64,000 nucleotides of DNA from Marsupella aquatica (taxonomy: Eukaryota; Plantae; Marchantiophyta): the NCBI GenBank assembly GCA_973895155.1, contig OZ316894.1:7092234-7156233 (forward strand), given 5' to 3'. The position numbers and the translations under genes are program-made. Positions 1 through 12,380 of this stretch are shown piece after piece. The stretch's first letter is position 1. Each line of letters opens with the position of its first letter. Under the pieces are notes generated by a model. It worked only from the letters and a program-made list of their open reading frames with translations. It was not told where the DNA came from and did no database searches.

Positions 1-590
1 CCAAAGTATTAGACTCCAATAGTTTTTCAAGGCATTGTAATTATTTACAAATATTGTAAATATAGAGTTAACCAAGAAAATGTCTCTATATGAGTACTCC
101 ATCCGATGGCTTATCGGCTACGGCTTAGTTCTAGTTAACTCTTACATTAGGGGGAGGGTCTTTTGGCCCTACTGTCTTGAACTTCCCGCGGAGGGACTTG
201 TAAGGAAAAGACAATGTTATGAACCCTCCCAAGACATGAGTCAAGGGGGAGTTTGTAGAGGTTAACTCAGTCTTGGGTTGAACTGTGGTTAGTATGTTAA
301 CTAGGGAGAGTAAACCCTAGTTGAAGAGTTGGTCCTTATCTCTTCAACTTCTATGTGGTGTGAAAACACACAAGAGAGTTCTCAAGAGAGAACATAGTGA
401 TATAGCAAGAGATGAGAGCTTGAAGAGATGAGAGCTTGAAGAGATGAGAGCTATGGTGATGCTTGAGTAGACACATAACCGTTAATAAAGCTTGGTCTTC
501 CCATGGACGTAGCCAACCTTGAGGCGAACCACGTAACTGTTGAGCAAGTGTATGTTTGGAGTGTTTTTCCTGATCTGATTTCTCCCCACA
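1..590 (+). mobile_element. 3' end of a Ty1/copia LTR retrotransposon: RNase H C-terminus, PPT (241-253) and 3' LTR (254-590)
   Basis: Bases 3-59 read KVLDSNSFSRHCNYLQIL*, matching KVIPLESFSRHRATLQVLQL of the copia at 44265-44486. The PPT TCAAGGGGGAGTT is identical to that element's PPT. The LTR starts TG (254), contains CCCATGGACGTAGCC..GAACCACGTA shared with the other LTRs, and ends CA (~590) where a different repeat begins. Confidence 0.85.
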
Positions 591-744
591 CGTCCGTGCC
601 AAAAGTCCTTTGGTGCAATATGCGACTGCACCCTTCAAGAATAGTTTGCACCCTTTGAGAACCCTTTGAGAATCATCAAGGACCATTCTAAAATTGTTGG
701 CGCCCAGTTGACCCACGGGAGCTTGTCGAACCCCATACAAACCT
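591..744 (+). repeat. Dispersed ~150-bp repeat, copy 1 (interrupted by the copia LTR)
   Basis: Aligns by eye with the reverse complement of 35547-35694 (shared blocks CCAAAAGT, CCCTTCAAGAAT, CTAAAATTGT, GCCCAG, CGGGAGC, CAAACCT). Confidence 0.75.
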
Positions 745-1209
745 ACTCTAGATAACCTGCTCTAACCCATGGGTTACCCCACCTTAAACCCCTCCGGCCC
801 ACAGTCCCACACACACTAAAACCCTGCAGTAACTCCAATCGATTAGCATTATGTTTTGTCGCCATGAACTTCTCCGTTGAAGTATGAAGTTCTCCATGAT
901 TGAACAGCCCCACCAAAGGGCTCTCGACTGAACGAGCTCCCTTTCTGATCCAGCCCTTTCTGATCCAGCCCTGTACTGTGTGAGAAATCCATCACCGGGT
1001 CTGCAAGACGGAAAGGAACTCACTGCAGAAGCTCGATCGAGGGTGCGATAATCAGTCAGCGGCGAGGAAGTTTTGATCATTCTCTTGCCGTGCCACCTCG
1101 GTTGCAGAAGAACGACGCTGAATCTGAAACTGAAAAGATCAGTGCATTGATTGTGCTCTATCGCCTCGCCAGCACTTCCAGAGACGGTGGTCGACCAGAC
1201 GTGGCTCGG

Positions 1210-2442
1210 ATGGGAAGGCAGCAGATCGCCCCTGCGGCTGCCGCTGCTGCTTTCAGAAGCGTGCGCCGCGTCTTTGCGGGTATGGACGCGCGGTTCTCCT
1301 GCTCCTCTGCTGCTGCGCGCTCTGTGTCTATGCCCAAGTCGTCTCCCCGCTGTCGACTGGATCGGAAACATTTACTTGATAACTGGATAAGAACGAAATT
1401 CTGATTTGGCTTCATAGGACTTAATGAGTGCGAATGCCAGCGTGTGTGTCTGGTTTGCTCCCCTCGCCTGGTCTTCTCTACTCTAGGTGGAATTCAGCAG
1501 GCATTTTCTTGATAGTATGAACCCTTAGGTCTTTCGTGAGATGATCAGTTTTACAAAGTCAGGAGAAATTGAGCTTGGGTGAGTTTTCCGGGATTTGGGT
1601 GGTTGAATGTTTAGATTGGTGACAATTCCAGATCTGACAGAGTTTGTCTAGATTTGGCTTCGTTTGAGCCGTAGGCCATTTATGATAGTCCTTGTTTTCG
1701 CTACTTTGGTTTTTAGGTCTCTGGTTAGCAGCCCGGGTTTTTATACGTCGATTATTTGGCTCTTTCAGTTAGGTCAATAGAAGGTTTGTAGGACATTCGC
1801 ATAATCCACGATAAAAGATTCACCAGGTGAGGCTTACACTAACTTGAAAACTTGGAATTGGGAACAGGTTCTTCTTTGAATGAGCGAGGCCTACAGTATG
1901 GTAGTCCTCTCGTGACTGTGGAGAATGGTTTCTGCAAGGGTGTGAAGGAATTGGGCGTTGCAAGGTATCCGAATGGCAACCTCTGTAGAGCAAACAATAG
2001 ATATCTGGTATCTCAACCTGGTCCTGCACAAGTCGGTCTTTATAGAACGTTCTCTCAAGCTGCCGTCCAACTAGCAAAGGATTCCACCCCAGCTACGCGT
2101 GATAAGAAGAAGAGAAGTGGCAAATCAGCTGCTGAGATTGCCAGTCACGCGGCAGCGACACAATTGCGCCCGATCGCTTTTGAGTGCCATGTATGCACAG
2201 CAGTTTGCGTAACAAAAATTCTAAAAGATCCATATGATCGTGGAGTCACAATTCTCCGCTGTATGGACTGTAGAAGTGTTAACCTGATCTCAGATCAGTT
2301 GGGGTTGTTTAAGGAGCCTGGAAGTATGCAAAGATTTCTTAGGGACCGGGGGGTGGATGTAAGGAATGGTCCTGAGGGAAGGTATGAGCTGACCCCTGAA
2401 ATTATAGCTCAAATGCAACAGCCGGTGTCAAGCACAGCTTGA
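1210..2442 (+). CDS. DNL-type zinc-finger protein (Zim17/Hep1/Tim15-like organellar Hsp70 escort), divergent
   Basis: Predicted join(1210..1279,1868..2442): phase-1 GT..AG intron with a CTAAC branch point near 1839. The N-terminus is Ala/Arg-rich and presequence-like (MGRQQIAPAAAAAAFRSVRRVFAG...YRTFSQ). Domain FECHVC...GVTILRCMDCRSVNLISDQLGLF fits the zf-DNL CxxC..CxxC..DNLG pattern. Confidence 0.8.
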
Positions 2443-2496
2443 CTATGACAGTCATAGCTGTTGTTGTTCCACATAATATAGAAGGACATATGAGTT

Positions 2497-2650
2497 GATT
2501 GGCTGTTCGCAGAAGTTTGTGCCTTTACCGATTCTTGCCCTTGTGAAGGCAACATTTTGAAGTTACGGGTATATGAATGGATTGGCTGTTTGCAGAGGTT
2601 TGTCTCTGGCCTTCCCAAGATCTTGCCCTTGTGAAGAGAACATTTTGAAG
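2497..2650. repeat. Diverged ~85-bp tandem duplication in the 3' region of the DNL gene
   Basis: GATTGGCTGTT..GCAGA.GTTTGT...TCTTGCCCTTGTGAAG..AACATTTTGAAG occurs twice. Confidence 0.7.
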
Positions 2651-4186
2651 CTCTTGTGCTGATAATCTGGTTCTGTTGCCAGAGATCTGTTGTGCCTTTG
2701 CTTGAAAGGAGTCTAGATCAGTAATTGAACTACTTAATATGATGGTAATTGCGCCTTCATTTTGGATCCTACTTTTGCCCGTTAGTATTTATTTCCCTTT
2801 TGTTGTGGAGACGTGATACACATCGCATACGTAATTGTCACCGCTGTGCTTCCCCGGAAGGTAATCAGGTAGTCCAATTGTGATTGGAGACCAAACACGG
2901 ACAATGAAGAGTCTGTGTGTAACTTTGTATGAGACTGCAAAAGTGGATTGGTGGCCAATTAGAACAATTACGTTGTTAGACGTTAATGTTCAATGTTAAT
3001 TGGGATTTGCCGGCGGACAGGACGACGTGACTACGTTATCGACAATAATTACGATGCAAACGACACTTCAAACGACGTTAATGTTTATCAGGGACCTTCG
3101 AGGCACGGAACATAGTGGTAGCTATGTTATCTACCTCATTACCACTAACAAGAATCAAGGAATGTCTTTATCATGACTAAGTGTAATCTTAATCAGTTGG
3201 GAGAGCCAATCTACTTCCTTCTTCACTTCTCAGCCAAAGCCTAGAAACTCGTCTCCCAGGCAGACTCTGCCAGTTCACTAATAGCCACTGCTCTGCCAAA
3301 AATTCTTACTGATAATTCGCTGGAAAAACCTACTTGGGTAGGACCTCCTGATGTAGCTCAGATGGCCAGGAGATTTGGCCCAGGATCAACAGGCCTAAAA
3401 CTCAATTTCCCCCTCAAAGTGCCGGACAAGGAGGGGTAAAGGTAAAGGCTCAGCTACAGGTAACGAAATTATGATCTTGGTATCACTGAAACATGAAACT
3501 CCCACCGGTTTATTTATTGAGGTGGGACAGCATAGGGCGACGAGGATAAGGAATACTCTATTATGTTGAGGCGTCCGTCAGAATGAGTATCTTGCACTGG
3601 GAGAACTGGGATTTTATGGAGGGCTTCATCCCTTCCACAGGACCCAAGCAAGGGGGACCTCAGGGTTTACTTTTATTTGCCAGGTTCTTTCGTGGAGTTG
3701 GACGTGCGAACATTCTTACATATCACTGGTACATTCCTATATACGTTTGCACAATGAAGTCCAAAATTAGCTGAAATCCACAAGTCTTGGTTATGATGGA
3801 TACATCAGGGCAACCACATCCAAAATGTAAAGGGGTACAATGTTGACAGAAACAGTCAACTTGTGTAACGATTGGTAGCAGAAAGGGTTTCAAGACATGA
3901 TTTCACTTTCTAGGTAAAAAGAGTAACAGACTTTCGAGTTAATTGAATATTGCGTCAAATGACAGCTGGAAGTTGAATTACTAGGATGACTTGACAAGCA
4001 ATTGACGTTTATGAAGGATCCCAGAATCCTGCCGGAAATATACAATCTAGTCACAAATTAGAAGATCAAAATTACGCCCCTCAAATTCAAGCCTCTAGGG
4101 AAGAATCGTTGGCATATTCCTCATGGAGATATGGCTATAAATCAACTATCCTTTATCGTGGCATTGCAATGGGCACGTCTGGTTTT

Positions 4187-7100
4187 TTAGGCTCTTTCGG
4201 AGACAGCTGTTTGGCAGGTTAACTCATCATCTCCACTGTGTCTTAAATCTTGAAGAAGATCAATGGAGGCGTGAGAAGGTATTCTATGTCGCTGCAAAAT
4301 TTTAAGCGAAGCTTCCTTTGCTTTCTCAAAGTTTAATACGACTACTCTACCCTCATCAAGATCAAACCGTAAACTGGACGATGTGCAACCTTCGACCAGC
4401 TCCTTGAGATGCTTTAAGTTCTGAACCTCGACACCATTCACTTTTAAAACCTGCAATCCTCCATTAACAAATAATTACAGATCAGCCTCTGCAGAAACAG
4501 TCTTACAACAAGATGTCCTTCGCAACTCAGTCCACTCCAATCCAGCCTACTTTTAATATGAAACGGGCACCAATATTACTATTCTTACTGTCTGTACCAT
4601 CCAAACCCGAACAAATGAGCATAAACACAAGTATCAAAAAACCAGTGACACAAAAGCACGAGAGTTAAAAGTATAAACCTGGTAATCAGCCAGCCGCTCA
4701 TAGCCTGCATTGACTTCGTCCACGAGTACCTGTTTACACCGCAATCAGTGATACTCTTCGCCAGGTAGATCCAATCACACCATTCTCACCTCAAAAAGCT
4801 TAAAGTTACAACATCTTTGTACGCAAGCTGCTTAGGAGGGATAGTCTGTATTATTTTCTGCACTTTCCGTAATTGAGGACAGGAAATGGATATTGAATTC
4901 CACCTACCTGAGAAAGTATAACGCATTGCTCTTTAGGCTTTGTGAGGATGCCTGTCAGAGCCCTCTCACAAAGTCGTCGGGGTGCGGTATTATACCAATC
5001 ATCCCCGTATTCATGAAGGTAGGGTTGGGTCAATGGAGTGAACACCAACCCCGCAAATATGAAGTAGCTTGGGAGGCGATCAAATTGATGTATGGGTACA
5101 AGAAATCTTAACTGCACACATAATCCAAAGTGTATACTTCCGGAATGATTATGTTACTCTGTGCAGCTTTCTTATCTTTATTGAATATTATCCGAGCAAC
5201 CATATCAACAGCCGAAGATGGTTCTATGTTTAAGGTCGACAAATGCGTGAAAGACTACGAACTCACTGACAAGACTGATAAGATCAGCAAAGAGACAAAG
5301 TTAGAAGCTGTACTGGATCAAGTTCGACATCGAAGTGTGCAATGTTGCCATCTCGCAAAATAGTTAGCCTCGCTTTCTCACCAGCCTTCTTCATTGATAC
5401 CAAGTGGTCAAATGAGATGCGCTCCCTGTTACGAAAATGCACTGCGATGTTTGAGCCTCGTCAGCGATACAATTAGGAGATACCCAATACTTCTAGCTTA
5501 CCGTGGCATACAGGGTAACTAGTATGAAAAGACCAGTCCGCCGTAGGAATCCTTCACCCTTTGAATTTGCTTTCTTTGAGGACACCAGCAATGCATAGCC
5601 AGCTTATGCTGATCGTACTTAGTAAGGAATATCAAAAGACAACTCTACCAGAACGAACCTCCAGAATGGCTACCCATACAGACGACAGAAATGTTGATTG
5701 CATTAGACATAAGCTACTCAGAGTAGACTTATCAAAGCGTAAAGCCCGCACAGTGTATTAGCTCCTATATCCAACAAATACCTGTGCCATCGTTTGCAAT
5801 CGGAGTACCGTCGAATGCCACGAGAACATCATCCTTCTTCAGCCACTGGTTGGTGTCAGTCAATGGTTGAATTTTGTTCACCAAAACACCTGTTAGACCA
5901 GGTGACATCTTAAGATGTTCTCGAATATGGGGATTTTCTGTTGCTTGGCAGGTCAGGCCCAGAGAACAGAATCCTACATAGCGCTGATTCTCCTCAACGT
6001 CCTCTAGAAAATGATTAATGATCGGTACAGGGATTATGTAACTGCGCATGAATTAAAAATAAATCAGGACTTAGGAAATCAGAAGAGTAGATCCGAGAAC
6101 AATACATATACAGAGAAAACGTCTCTTGTTTACTCGAGCCAATCCAAACACACCAAGACACTGGCAAATAAATGCTCGTTACCCAATATTTTCTGCTCCA
6201 GCTAGATTTTGGAAGGCAACGCCAACGACTTTGTCTTCCATGAGAGCTGGGCCTCCACTGTTGCCTGGATTGATCGCAGCATCGATCTGAATGGCCATCA
6301 AATGCGCAGTACCATGCACATATTGCGTTGGTTCAACTCTTGAAACCACACCTCCAGTTACCGATATATTGTCCCCACCTACCCATTTAAACAAGCGTAA
6401 AACTGAATGAGTGTCTTCTAATAGTCTAGAGAAGCTGTGTAGGACGGGTCAGATATAGACTAGTTGGTGAATACCACCTACGGCCACACGCGATATCTCA
6501 ATCAGCACATCCTATCCACGGACCTTCACGAAGAAACAAATGAAGCTCCCGGTCCATCTTCACAAGGAGAAATCTTGAATGCAAGAGAAAAACAAGGCTT
6601 GACTTAGTTAATTACGCGCATTTCATATTCATAAAGAAAGACTTCATTGATTGAGACAATTCCTACCTTGAGGGTATCCAACCACAGCTACAGACTCCTG
6701 GAGATATGGAATATCGCCCAACTGTAGTGCCCTCATGCCTTCCCAGAACTCTTCGTCATGAATTTGCAAGAGTGCCAGATCACATTCATGTCCAACTGCC
6801 TGCACCTCTGCCCGGAACTTGGCTGGAGATCCATGCTTACGTACCACAACATAAGTCTGGTCCGCCACAACGTGCGCATTTGTCACAATTCGCCGCCCAG
6901 ATATAACGAAGCCTGTGGTAAAGAGTCACGAGCATAATCAGATCTTAAGATGAGTGACGACTTCAGCAAGAGAATATTTATTTGCAAGACGAAACAAGCT
7001 TGACAGGCTCAAAACCCTAAACATTAGACCTGACTTGTCTAGATCATAGAAAGGATTTGATCGGTCAAATCCTAAAACCCTTTAATGAACTACAGCTCTG

Positions 7101-7829
7101 CTTTGAAAACCTGAACTAGTGTCGCCTGGTGGGAATGATAATGTTGCAAAAAAAAAAGGAGCGATCACTTTACGGAAGGGCAAAATCCCAACCGGGACCA
7201 AATGCCTTTGGGGGAGGAAAATTAAGGATACCAGAGCCGGTGATTTCACGTTGGGGCTTATTCTGCCAGGGCAGAAAGTAATTGGGGCTGCTTGCCATGG
7301 TGAATATCTTGACAACCGAGTCCAACGCCAGCTCTGTTACGGCCGAAGCATCGGTTATAAGACGATCGGATGGGCCAGTGCCCCATTCTTTTCCTGAAGG
7401 CGTGCAAGTTGTGCTGAAAGCTCTGGCCTGTAGATTCCCCGAGAATGACAACCCCAATTGACCTGATTTGCAGTGAACCAAGGAATCCTGAGACCGACCT
7501 CCACAGTGGTAAGATTTTAAGGTCCCATGCAAACCACTAGATCCGTTTCCACAGGCAGAACCCATCGGCAGCCCATTACCGCAAGAAAACCTAAGCTTGG
7601 GAGAGTTAAGACAGGATTCCTGTACCACATTGCTGGATGCAGGCAAAATATTGCCAACGAGGCTCTCATGCTCGTTCAACACTGTCCCGGTGAGCTGAGG
7701 CCCAAGTCTTTCCAGACTGGAGCTAAATCCTTTGCGTACATCATATTGACTTGATGTAAAAAGTTCGTCCACAAATTTCTGAAATTTCCTACTACATAGG
7801 CGCCTTGCAGAGACTGCCTGCACTGCCAT
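4187..7829 (-). CDS. DEG10: Deg/HtrA serine protease, DEG10-like (mitochondrial)
   Basis: Eight exons: 7829-7232, 6912-6667, 6378-6183, 6041-5782, 5441-5314, 5111-4908, 4729-4679, 4450-4187, all GT-AG and in frame. Catalytic motifs TNAHVV, HECDLA and INPGNSGGP, followed by PDZ regions. [15 protein letters not shown] is typical of the plant DEG10 clade. Confidence 0.92.
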
Positions 7830-8832
7830 GATTACAGGCTGAGAACTTTGGTCGAGCTTTACGCTCCCCTGCCTTCCAAAGAGGTCTCCACCATATCACA
7901 GGTTGGGGCTCGTGATAAACCCTAGTAAATAAACCCTAAACACTAAACCCACCATTCAACTGACTCCGATAGCTCCACAGGTCTCCAATTCATACCAATG
8001 CGCTGCTTCCACTGCATTCAGCATATGAGGATGAGCTGATACCATCGTACGAGGGGGGCAGCTCGATCTTTCCAATCAAGTTCGAGCTAGTAACCATGGC
8101 AGCGGCATCAGCTTCTGTATAGCAGGAACAGCATCGTTTTCTTCTTCTTTCCTTTTTGTTTCTGTGACCTCGTCAAAATGTTGCAATTCAGTCTCCCAGA
8201 TCAACTCTAGAGTCCAGACATCGAGAGCTATGTGGCCTCCTCGTTCTGCTACCCCAGGGATTGCATTAGGGATTCGCAGATTGCAATTCCTCCAAGGGCT
8301 TCCTAATTCATAGCTCGGTGCCTCCATGTACTCTGCGGTCTTGTGCAACAAGTGCACCGTGTATAAGTGCACACTGTGGGTAACTGCAGGTAGGTAGTGT
8401 GGTCACTGGTCCCCTGATATTACAACATTTTCCTTTGTAAAATGCAGAAAAACTGCCCAGTTTGTAAGTGTCACGACAAAACAAATAAATACATGAGTGC
8501 CTCAGGATATAAGAATGCACATTATATATTGATTACTGCAATGCATACCTTAGACGCACTTATTGATAAGTGTAGGGGACAACTACATGCCATAGTTCCA
8601 TGCACTTATCCACTTGAATCGTGCACTCTGAGGGTTTGGGGTATGAGTGTCCCATGGGTATGACCTGACAAGACATATGCAGAAGTGCATGAATGATATC
8701 CCATGCACTTAGGACATAATGCATAATCTGGATAAGTGCAGGTTTGGGGTGTCTTCCCAGGAGCCTGCACTAAGACATGATAAACTGTAAAGTAATCTAA
8801 AATCTTTGCATTAGTCCATTGAGGGTCTATGA

Positions 8833-9308
8833 GGTAGTGTAGTTTAGTGTGGGGGGAACCAAAGCCAAGCAGGGTTTACAGTTCATGATTCTTGTTCAAT
8901 CTATTCAATGTAAACACTATCAGTTGCATCCCCTTTCTTTTCTCAGGGTCTGTTCATTTGTCCATCCATTAGGGGTGTCAAAGCACTGCAAGGTCTTATC
9001 GCTATGGTTACTTATATAAGTAGCTCCCTATAGGTAACTCCCTACCATAAAACCATTTTATGTCCTAAGCCATACCTCACTTACGAGCCTGCTTTGACAT
9101 GGGCTATCGAAGGACTATCAGGTGTTGTGATTTATTGCGAGGAAACCAATTTGTCCATCCTTTGATGGCGTATGTGGTAGTGTGGTTTAGTTTAGTGTGG
9201 CGCAACCAAAGCCAAGTATAATTTAAAGTTTATGATTCTAGTTCACTCTTCTCAATCTAAACACTATCATATCCAATCCCACTTTTTCTGTCTCATAGTC
9301 TGTTTATG
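8833..9308. repeat. Two diverged ~130-bp direct repeats (~8833-8957, ~9176-9308) flanking a short hAT-like TIR remnant (8970-9106)
   Basis: GTTTAGTGTGG..AACCAAAGCCAAG..ATGATTCT.GTTCA..TCAAT.TAAACACTATCA occurs twice. Between them, TAGGGGTGTCAAAGCA ... TGCTTTGACATGGGCTA form imperfect TIRs; no TSD seen. Confidence 0.55.
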
Positions 9309-9639
9309 AATGCCATTTTGGCGGGAAGCTTTAGTGGCCATTTAGTGGGGTTTGTCTGAAACCCATTCAAATAATTTGTGGTGACATATTTTAGTGACCA
9401 AGAGATGGACCTAAAGGTGTCATTGTGCAACATTTCCATCTACCACCTGTCACTCTCCCACCAGCTTGCACAGTCCTTGACATCTAGTTGTTGGGCCAAC
9501 TTGTCGACTCCCCAAAGTGGTCAAGTGCCTGGCATATAACTTAAACTTGACGATGCATCCAGATGCCCAACATCATTGTCTTCCTATCAATAATAGTGCG
9601 TAAATGCATGGTCATTGGGCTAGTAAAAGTTATAGTACA

Positions 9640-12351
9640 CTAGCCCAATGCATGCGCATTGCACAAAAGATGTTGAGTTGAAAAAAAAATGTTGAGGTGA
9701 AAAATGAAGTCGATGAGAGAAAAAGATATTGAGGTGAGGAAAAGAAGTCAAGCTGAGTAAAAGATGTCCAGGAGAGAAAAGATGGTAAGGTGAGCTAAAC
9801 ATGTAAAGATGAGGCAAATATGTCGAGGAGAGGAAAAATGTTGAGGATGAGGGCAAGGTGTTGTGGTGAGATAAAGATGTCAAGGTGAGATATTAATTGG
9901 CGAGATGTGAAAAAGATATCAAGGAAAGGTAAAGATGTTGAGGAGAGATAAACATGATTGTTAAGATTAGGAAAATATGGCAAGGCAAAAACATATCAGC
10001 TTTGCGATGTAATTGTTGAGGCATGTTATGTGTGATCCCAGTCATACATTTGAGGTGAGAAAAGGACATCAATGAGAGAAAAAGATGTCAAGGAAAGAAA
10101 GAGATGTCAAGGTGAGAGAAAGCAGGAAGTAAGCAAGACACAAACTAAGCAGTTTGGAGAAAGTGTTGTCAAGAGAAAATGTTTTCAAGGTAAAAATCAG
10201 AATGGAAGTTTGTTGAAGGGAAAGTGTTGTGGTTGTGGAAATATTGTGGTTTAATGGTATATTCAAGTCAGAGTATTGTCAATCAAACAATTCCCAGGAA
10301 AAGAGTTGCTGAATGAGTGAAAATCATTATTAAGTAGAAATGGTGTTGCATGGAAGTGCTATCATTTTGGAAGTTGTTGTGATTCAGATGTTGCATTTGC
10401 ATCCATGTGCACCCAACGGCAACCACCACACTTGGACGTTGACGCACCTCTCCACGGTGGACACAAGCAAGAGGATTACCACGCTGAGCAGCAGGGCGAG
10501 GGAAGAATTGGGACTCATTGCGCTACAGGTCACTCACCGAGTCCCAAAGCTGGATACGTTTGGGATCTGATCGATATTGATGACAACGATCTCATTGGTT
10601 TGCAATTGAAATTGCTAGCCTACTTGTAGTGACTTGGCACCTAGTGCACAAGAGGCTTGCACCACTTTTGTTCCGCCCAGATGGAACAAAAAGAATTGTC
10701 CTTGGTCAGCTTTCAAATCGATCGAGTGACAATAGCAGCCGCGTACTTTACATTTATGTTCTAGTGTTAAAATTTGCAACATGGTGTACTTAACTCCTGG
10801 AAATTTGTTGTCGATCTTGCTGCACAGCTTTGTCTTCGGCGCAGCTTCGTCCGACTGCCAATGGAAAAGTCAAAAGGAAGGATATACATTTGTGAGACAA
10901 TCTCCGGACAATAAGCACAATATACTTTCACAGAGGCAAGAATGCATCACAAAGGCAAGAATGTGAACTGCGCTCGGAGGGCGGCATACCACGCTCCCTG
11001 CTTGGATTTACGTCGAGAAAACTGAGCTCACGGTTCAGATTCACGTCAGGCCACAACTCAGGCAAAAGAGACTGAAAACACCATTCTGAATATATTGCTT
11101 TCACAAACACAAGAGACCCTATATAAACCCAACCAAGAAGCTCGAGATTGAAAGGCGGATGAGGTCCAAACCAAAATGAATGAGCAAACAACGAGGTCAA
11201 AATCAAATCCAAGGCTAGCAGAAACAACGAACATAGGTGAACCTCATCTCTCTCGCTTAGCAAAGTCTGAAACAAATGAAGCATGGGGACAATCACCGCT
11301 AGTGCACAACCATCAATTCACGCAGGCTGGTACTACTTCTGTGAGATCATGAGAAGGAGAGTGAGGTGGAGAGAAATACTACTGCAACCCCACACAACAT
11401 GCATGAGTGGACAGAGTGGACCAAAAATTTGTAGAAGTTTTCTAATACAAACTTGATTAACTTGAGGTGCATCACATGCTTGGGATGGGACCTGAGTGCA
11501 TAAGACGACATAAGTGAAACTGATCTGATCACACGAATATAAGTGGTTAAGTGGGTGCAGCCGACCAACAAAGTCCAAGGCATAACCACTTTTGACAGTA
11601 AGACAACGGGAGCCAGACAATGTAGTTTCTGTAAGTTTCAAAAGGCAGTGGTTGACACATTGAGTTTTGGTAGACTAACTGACTAAGACTCTGATTTTGA
11701 GTCTCGCACAAAATTTACTGCAGTGAGAGCAAGAACCTGGCCACTATTCTCACTTGCCCTCCCCAATAATATCACTACTCAACTCTCACAGCAACATGGA
11801 CTAAATCTCACGTCAATCTATTGATTAATACTCCGTGTCATTCCATGCCAAAGAGTACTCCCTGAACTGCTATTGGATCTAGCCAACATTGTGTACTTCA
11901 ACTAAAACATGTCAGCCACTTTGTCACATGTACTATACTTTACACTAATATTCAGATTAGGGGCACCTTTTCTCCCAATCCATGTTCTCAATACTCGGGG
12001 GTCTCACTACATAGAGGCCCCCCATCACCTGCAAAATTTTTAAGCCATACACCGCCTAAACTATAAGAATTTTTGGTATATTTTTAAAACCCTATAAAAT
12101 TGGAATATTCCAAATTGGATTTAAAAGACCCTAAAGTTTTTTCACAAAAATTTCTAAATTTTCCTTTAAAACCAATAAAACTACCCTATTCTTCATCGCA
12201 TGTGATATGCAGATTCTATGGAAATGAAACCCCCAAGCTCAAATATTTTTGCACATTGTCTAATGGTAAAACAATGTTCCCTCCTTTCCTCATTTTGTAA
12301 ACAGACAATGAGAGGATTTTGGCGGGATCCCTTATTATAGTTGTAGCTAGA
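9640..12351 (-). mobile_element. Putative non-autonomous Helitron (~2.7 kb)
   Basis: The minus strand starts TCTAGCTACAACTATAATAAG at 12351 (5' TC, AT-rich). It ends with the hairpin TGTGCAATGCGCA, ~11 nt, then CTAG|T at 9640. No Rep/helicase ORF is recognisable. Confidence 0.6.
9665..10115. repeat. Degenerate ~19-bp purine-rich minisatellite
   Basis: Recurring AAAGATGT(T/C)(G/A)AGGTGAGA-type unit. Confidence 0.7.
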
Positions 12352-12380
12352 CTAGCCTAATGCATGTGTGTTGCACACTT
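12352..12380 (-). mobile_element. 3' terminus of a second Helitron-like element (5' end not located)
   Basis: Minus strand reads GTGTGCAACACAC (perfect hairpin) + ATGCATTAGG + CTAG. About 26 nt resemble the terminus at 9640. Confidence 0.6.

Noticed and set aside
698-706. TGGCGCCCA as a tRNA-Lys PBS
   Set aside because: It is not adjacent to an LTR end, and the homologous repeat copy at 35547-35694 lacks it.
784-1371. 195-aa minus-strand ORF
   Set aside because: Antisense to the GC-rich 5' UTR and first exon of the DNL gene; no recognisable domain.
8076-8372. 98-aa ORF upstream of DEG10
   Set aside because: No motif support; probably 5' UTR or promoter sequence.
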